Of a stretch of 64,000 bases of DNA, positions 54,592-64,000 are shown piece by piece. This stretch comes from Ptychomitrium polyphyllum. Lineage: Eukaryota. The DNA is taken from assembly GCA_973851085.1 (NCBI GenBank), contig OZ316776.1:12028001-12092000 (forward strand), given 5' to 3'. Both the position numbers and the translations under genes were made by a program. The notes beneath the pieces were generated by a model. That model ran no database searches. It was given only the letters and a program-made list of their open reading frames with translations, and had not been told where the DNA came from. Numbering within the stretch: position 1 is the first letter of the stretch; the number at the start of each line of letters is the position of its first letter.

Positions 54592-57500
54592 AATTGGAAG
54601 TCATGATTTTGAAAGAGTTGTGGAATGTAAAACTTGCACCCTCTGAATATACAATACAATTGAGTGCTATAATACTAGAATCCAACTGTGGCAATGCTTA
54701 CAGCTAAAATCTTTTCAATAAAGTTTAGATTGATACGGGTACACTCTACATTTAGAGTTTTGGAAGGATGTGGAGACTTGTGAGTGAAAAAAACCATGTT
54801 CTCCAGAAATTTCTTCAAAACAGCACTAGGCTAGCATCCTGCACATTTTGAGGGTATAGCTCTTACTCGAGCTCAGGATAAATAACAATCATCATCTAGA
54901 CAAGGTAGCTGACTCGAGCCGGTACTTGCGTGCCTAAAACTGTACAATGGTGTATAGACACGGATCAATCAGTATTCAATATCAAAATGTGTCCACGATG
55001 ACTGTGCTAGAACGATTGTTAAGGAAGAACTCTTAGAGCATCACGATTTGCAATACGGTATGCTACGAGAACAATAGTAACTTATCTACTGTACTGAATC
55101 TGTATGCTTTAGCCTAGTGCAGCACAAGAAACTCTGTCCATATTACCAGCCAACAAATGGTACGAGACTGATAATTAGGAATTCTCGGAAATCACTTGCT
55201 AAATTAAACTACTTTGGTAGACTTGCTAAAGACAACGACTGTAGTTCATTTTTGACAATAATGTTTACTTCCAGTGACTGGAATAGGGTTCCTGTGGTGT
55301 ATACTAACAGAAATTGAGAAGATCCCTTGGAACAATTTAGACATCAGATTAAGACCGAAGCCATTCCAAGCATTATACTGGTGCAACAATGAGATACAAC
55401 TAATACAAAACAACAAAGCAAGATTTATTCTGCATTCTCAACAAACACCACACCTACTTACTCCAAAGCTTAAAACCAGGTGCTCAAACATCTTCATCCA
55501 GATTATTCACATTTTTTCAAATATCTCAAAATATAGCTATAAAAGCGTGTAACAGAGTGAATAAAGTAATAAGTTACAGTTTACGAGACTGACCTTCAAC
55601 AGGGGCAAGAAGTTACTGCACACCTGAGAGATCCACCCTCAGGGAATGTAGAAGGCTTCTCAGAAACTCTTTACAGCAAGGACGCCGCTCTTTCTCATTC
55701 CTGTACCCGAAGCTCTTCAGTCAGTCCCTGTTGAGTACACACGTTACAAAACTGACTATACTGTTTTGATTCTTAAGATCCTGATAGAAACTTATAGTTT
55801 TCAAATCGAATACCAAAAACCTCAAGTGACTGCAAGAAAGAAAGTCATTCCAGGAAGTCGCTTCGGGAGAGACAAAGAAGTGCACAATGACAGCGCCAAC
55901 CCGTCAAAAGGAAATGAAGATCCTCTCCGTATTACACAATGACTGCTTTAAACAACTTAAGGCAACAAATCATGTCGCTCTTCTTCAGCAACGATTCACA
56001 CATCAATTATAATCACGCTAGCAGACTAACGCCCAGGTGATTATTTAGATGACTTGGAATCACATAAACATCGTTGCATGCGATCCTGAAAAAATAAACA
56101 ACTACATCGATGTAAAAGCTGCACAACTTTTCATTACTCACGGACTACATTAGAACTCATCCTCCTCAATCCAAAAACCACAAGTACTTCTTCGGTTATC
56201 AGGAGAGACTTGTAAGCCTGTGCTGCTGCCGTGGCCCTCTAGTCCAAATCGATGTCCTCGAGATCGTCTGCTTGCAGAAGATGACAACCTTGCTGACACA
56301 AAAAGACTGTGTCGACCCCTACATCGTTCCAAACGTTTGTGCTATATAGTACGAACACCCCTCATCCTACGTCAGCACCTGATGTAGTTGGTAGAATTTG
56401 ACCCAACTTGACCTTCGAAGCCTCGTGAATGGCGACTGGCAGTCCTGATGGCACCCTATGATGCTCAATAGTAAACAGTGATTCTTATAGCGAGGATATC
56501 AGAAGTGATGCTTAGTCCACGGGGCACTATTTTCTAATTGTATGTTTAATTTGAAGGACTTTCCTATAGCTTTTAATAAGATTAAATTGTTAACTTTTAT
56601 ATGTTTTAAAAGAATGAACGTATCACTCATATGGGCACCAATTGTTATCTAGTAGAATTATCTATTTATGAAAGACAGTTGTGAATAAATCTTTCTACAT
56701 CTTGATAAATTTCATGCTACATGGTCATAAACTTTATATGAGAACATACTACAAATTTTGTAGACTTAAGTGCTAATTAGTTATTCTTTATTCTTAACAC
56801 AAGCTTGCAAGTTGATTTTAGAGAAAGAAGCATTGAGAAGATATTGCTTGTCAATTGTTTGTTCAATTTGTGCAATTCGACCAAATTTGTACTTTCCATG
56901 AATGGCACTTCATTTTATTCAAAATCAATTAATCTAAATGCACACTTAATTTATTTTAGGTGTATTTGAAGGGCTTAATACCTGGTGGATGATAAGAATT
57001 CAAGGGAGTGGCCAAATTGATTTGGATTAAGTTTTTGACACTAAATTTTACAATTTGGCTTTGGCTTTGTTTTAGAATTTATATGGGAATAAAGTGGAGT
57101 GACATAAGGGTACTAGTGTGTAAAAATCCACAAAGCGAGGAATATGGAAAAGACAAGTAGAATGCCATGAAGAGCAGGTTGTGAAACTTGTGCCTGCCCA
57201 TGAGCATGGCCCCGAGCCACAGTCCTGGATGAAGAATGCCTTCCCGGACTGACGCTTGGGGAAATACTTTGGATCGGCAGAGACTGGGGCCCACACGAAT
57301 GTCCTCCTGGTGCACTATCAGGAACGACAGACTCAGGCAGGGCGCGTTGCCATTCCGAGAATGGCAGAGCGGAATTGAAGGTACTTGAAAAAGCGTCGTT
57401 GACAGGCGTGAGTGGATGGCGAGGCCAAGAATTTCATCTGGCAAGTAATTGTCGATTCAGTGCCGGGGGTTCATGAGGCCAGTGCGGGATGATAGTCAGA

Positions 57501-57929
57501 AGCAAAGCAAGCTTGAGATCTGAGAGGCGGGGAAGCAGTGGGGAAGTGGGAAATTCGAGGAATCGTCGGGCATAATGTGCCACTTAGATGCCGCGCGAGA
57601 ACGTGCGGGACTGCCGGGGGGCCCAGGCGGCCGTGTGAATGTGGGTCGTGGGCCGTCGACCAGCGCAGGTGTGAAAAGATCTAGGGCTCTGGGTGAACCA
57701 CCTGAGGTCGCAGGCCGCGAGTCGCGAGGCATAAAGAAGAGCGCCAGGGTTTCTGTTTCCTCTGTGCGGTCCCTAATCCTTCCATTCCCCAGCTCTGCAT
57801 TTCGGGGCTGCGGTAGCTGCAGCTTGCCCACTTTCCTTTCTCTTCCGTGTGCTCTCCGTCGAGAGGAAGGTGGGGAAGAGCAGTGTAGTCTGCTGCTTGC
57901 CGCTCCATCCGTCTTGCTACCAGCCTACC

Positions 57930-59874
<1,945 letters not shown>

Positions 59875-62800
59875 GCGGTTGGCGTGTGTGCGTGTTTGTT
59901 AGGACGACTTGGGGTTACTGGGGTGGGAATGTGTTTAGGCCGCGGTACACTTTTTATTGTTTGTTTCTGAGAGCATCTCACTTGCCGTGACCGATTGAGG
60001 TATTGGCAAGGATGACATTTTTTTTAAAACTACAATATCATATATACGAAAGATCCATGATGTGAACCTGGAATTGAATTCACTCATGCTGTATGTCGGG
60101 CGATGGGCCAAGGCGCGGGCGAAGGGCGTGGACAGTGTGGATGTTTTGACGTCGTCTCTCTTGTCTGTCAGATTGCTGTGTGAGTGATCATAGTGGGTTC
60201 GTTGAGGCTTGACATGAAATGTGGAATTGTGCAGTGGTCTGATGTGGTTGTGTGATATGGGGTATATGTTTCTGGTAACGCATTGGATGTTTCGTTTGGT
60301 TTTGGATTTTTTGGTGGTGATGGTGCTTGGTTATTGTTTGGCAAATGTGTGATAGGCTGTAGTTTCGTTCACGCCAGCGTTTCAGTGGTATGAGCCCGCA
60401 TTGTTTAATTGAAATCTGTGATTTGTGTTCAAAATATGAGTCACGTCTTACGCTGTACATATCAATACTTCAGATAATGTTATTCAGTATGACGGATGCG
60501 GGTGTACCAACACTTTTTATTTCCTATTGCAGATGGGTTTTGCGCTCCAACATTCTTACCACAGAATGGAAGTGAGGAGAACAGTCGGAAGTGCCGATTC
60601 TGTGTATGAATTCAACATGAATTTGTAACTCTTTAATAGAGCTTTTAATTGCAGGTGTAGTAACGTATTAAAGCGTCTTCTTCAAATGTGAATTTCAAGT
60701 CTCCTCCCAAGTTCTGTTGATTTGGGTCAAAGACAAATGACAGAGGATTAATGAAAAACCAATCATGGTGATTTAAGACCTGTGATTTGGGGAAGAACGT
60801 GTATTCTCCTTGGGAAGCGCGGCTTCATCACCCGAGTGTCAAGCGTGTAAGGATTTTGAACTGTTCTGCCGTAGCAGGCTTTTGCACAAAGAGTTGTTGG
60901 TGTCTCCTTTCGTGAGAATCTTCACCGGATGGTGATAAAAGCAGCGTGTTTCATTTCTCTTTAATTCCTGTTGGAAAGCTCGGTGAACGTGGTTACATGG
61001 AAGTAGGTACTTAGTTTCCTGTGATACATTGGAATACTCTTTTCTAATCTACGCAACTATGAATCCATTGTTTTTAGTTGTATTGTGCTATGATTCTCTT
61101 GGTAAGGAAGTGGGATTTTACCCTGTAACGTTCTGTGGGATGGCATTTCTGCTCTATGTTGTTTTACATAGCATCAAGTTAACGAAGTTCATTATAGTTA
61201 GAAACTCACATAATGTGATTGGCGATGTTGAGCTTCTAAATTAATAATAGTTGATGCAATAGCCGTAGTACATGAGGTTGATAGGAAGATTACAACGTCC
61301 TAGAGAAATCGACCATTTTCACATGTCATATTTGGAATCTGGTCCTGACATGCATTCTTGGTGAGAAAAGATGATATTTTTGTGGAGAAATGTATTGTTA
61401 ACATATGTGCTGCCAACCTACAGAGTTCTGCTTTTATGCTTTTCCTTGAAGTGAAGGAAAAACTGTGTAGCTTTTTCGTACACGTAGAAATTACAATCGC
61501 TAAAATTCTCATTATTTTCATGTCATGAAGGTGATTTTTTTACCTCATAACTTGATGTTGTTATTCAATTTTCATAACATCATAAGATCATCTTTCATTT
61601 TCGTATTTTACTTTCTATTCACATGATATAAGCTTACAAGATGTTTACACTAGAAAATCATAAAAATTCTCTCAAACCATAAATTATTTATATTATTGTA
61701 TAATATATTACATGTGAAATTACATGTGAAATGTTTTGTTGTTTGCTTTGATTATGGAGCAAGAGTAGTCCAATTGTATATTGCGGGCCAAGTAAATTCT
61801 AGGTTGATGAAACACGATCCTAATGAGAAGAATTGTCCAATGATCACATATCAGTCAATGGTGCAGTTTTTTGCTTTCTCAAAACTCAGATTTTCGATCT
61901 CTGGTTGTTAGTAGGAGTTTCTTAGTTTCTCATCTGTCCTTGTCATCCCGTCTCTGCTCCTGATGCTCACAATTTCACTCTGTTTCTACTCTAGTTGTCA
62001 TATCTATCAATGGTGCAGAGTTTTTACTCAAAAGAACAGTAGTCTTGGATATGTCTTTATGAGAGTTCCATAGCAATTACATCTATGATTTCTAAAGAGA
62101 TATTTTCTACATGGATATGTTAATATTATGAAGATGTTAATGTTGTGAAGATGGGGTTCTTAGATTTGGTTTAGTAATGGGCCCTTTATTGTTGTGAGAG
62201 TTTGGATGAGGATTGCAATTGAGGAGTTTTTGTGATAGTATTGAGATGTTCTTGTATGATTGTGTTACAGATGAAGCACGCAAGGATCCAGAGAATTCAA
62301 CCAAGGATATGATACATTTCTGATGCATTTTCTGTAGTTGAGCTAAAGTTTTAGTCTTCATTGGTTATTGTTTGGGTTTCATTTTTTATGGTAGTTTATT
62401 GGATTACAGTTGACCTTTTAGCCAATTTCGTGAATGCAGCCTGCAAGGCCAAAGAGTCAAATATGTAAGGGCACTTTGAGATACCAACCTATTTTTCCAA
62501 CCTCACTAGTTTATTTTTGTAAGTTAAGTTTGTCCTTTCTTTTTGAAGAGCTCAGTGATATACATTGTAGTTGGTACATTTGTTATATGTGCAGGCAATG
62601 AGATTTGCAAGTAAGTAAGAGGTTTGAAGTTGGAAGATTTTGTTTCTATAGAATACTAGGAAGATAGCACAAATCATTAAGCATATGGAGTTGGTCAAGG
62701 TGAAGAGGTATTTTAAAGATGTTTGTGCACAAAATTAAGCCATCTTGTTTTGCAAGTTTTTATAGTAGTGTTGAGCATATTGCCAAGGATAAGATGAAAT

Positions 62801-63965
62801 ACTCTACAATGTATGGAGAGGTGTATAAAATGAATATCATTATCATGTTATAAATATAAATAGAAGGTAATGTCAATATAAAATGATTATTTTTAATGAA
62901 AAAGTGTAACAAGTTCATTCAATTGAATAAAAATTTAACATGGTCATCATCTAATCTTTGATGTAATGGTATTTAATGCAAATTTATGTACAATTGTAAA
63001 GGTACAATAGTAAATAATAAGAGTAAAAAATAAAAATTATACAATAAACAACAAACAATTTTTTTTTAATTAAGAAGTTAAGAGTAAATAATAAACAAAA
63101 AAAAGTTTTCAGAGGATTTTTTTAAAGTAAAAATCAAAATAAATATCAATCAAAAGTTCAAATGGACAAACAAAGCATATGACTATAAGGTTTTTTTTGT
63201 ACTTTGTATAAAAACCTAAAATTAAAAAGGTGGATAGAAATGTACTCTTAGGATATATTAAAATAAAACTAAGGCAATTTTGGCAATTTTGGCAATTATG
63301 GCAATAGTGGCAAATCTTTTTACAAAAATGTATTGCCATATACCTTGTAGAAGAAATCATGCTTACAAAAATATGCATGGATTTGAACAATGAATTATTA
63401 AATTTAGGTCAAAAATTTTAAAAGAAATAGATGAAAACTATGATGAAAAGTACAATAGAATATATGTCAACACGCATTTCAAAAATCTTGTCAAATTTTT
63501 GGTCAAAATGTGTCTTAATTTAGTATATTTAAAAAAAACTTCTTATAATATATTAGGTAAGATGAAATTTAAGATTTACTATATTTTAGTATCTTAATTC
63601 ATGATTTTGAATGTTGTTTTTGAAATATTATGTTACTTTAAAAGTATCTTACAATGTATCATAAACAATATCTTTTTTGATAGTGTTGAATTGTTCTCTT
63701 GAAAAAAAATTGTAAAGCTGTGCATTGAATTTGTAGATAGCAAATTCAATTTTAAAATGGTGTTAATTAATCTTAAACACAAAACACAAGTCAAAATTGG
63801 CAAAAATAAAAAATTGGTCAAAATTGGATATGCCTAAAATTCTTGGATTTTATTTGAAAAATGTAAAAAGTTTGAAGAAATATTAGGATTTCTTACAAAA
63901 TATGGAAACATTTGATCCCTAAATACATGACTTTTTAGTTCATTGTAAAGTATTCATTTGTTTAA

Positions 63966-63968
<3 letters not shown>

Positions 63969-64000
<32 letters not shown>
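63969..64000. repeat. (AT)n microsatellite at the window end
   Basis: Perfect AT dinucleotide run to the end of the window. Confidence 0.9.

Overview
Eukaryotic plant DNA, most likely a moss (Funariaceae/Physcomitrium-like; inferred from gene content, short GT-AG introns and the LTR family). Gene models assembled by hand: WDR5; a five-exon Roadblock/LC7 dynein light chain with a Pro/Lys-rich N-terminal extension, not resolved by the ORF track; a DUF538 protein; COMMD2 (with a GC-AG intron) head-to-head with a three-KH-domain FLK/PEPPER-like RNA-binding protein; a UDP-arabinose 4-epimerase (MUR4/UXE-like); a tandem two-domain universal stress protein; an unknown ~174-aa acidic protein with a transit-peptide-like N-terminus; and S-adenosylhomocysteine hydrolase. 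An AT-rich island (~39.3-54.6 kb) holds a decayed but structurally complete Ty3/gypsy chromovirus (47180-53602, TSD CAATG) and a solo LTR of the same family (44612-45215, TSD ATTGT). The element shows a Tf1-type self-priming signature, a candidate -1 frameshift signal, an extra 3' ORF and variable 31-bp U3 repeats. A Stowaway-like MITE lies in a KH-gene intron. No database searches were run; exon coordinates were read by eye and checked for frame consistency.
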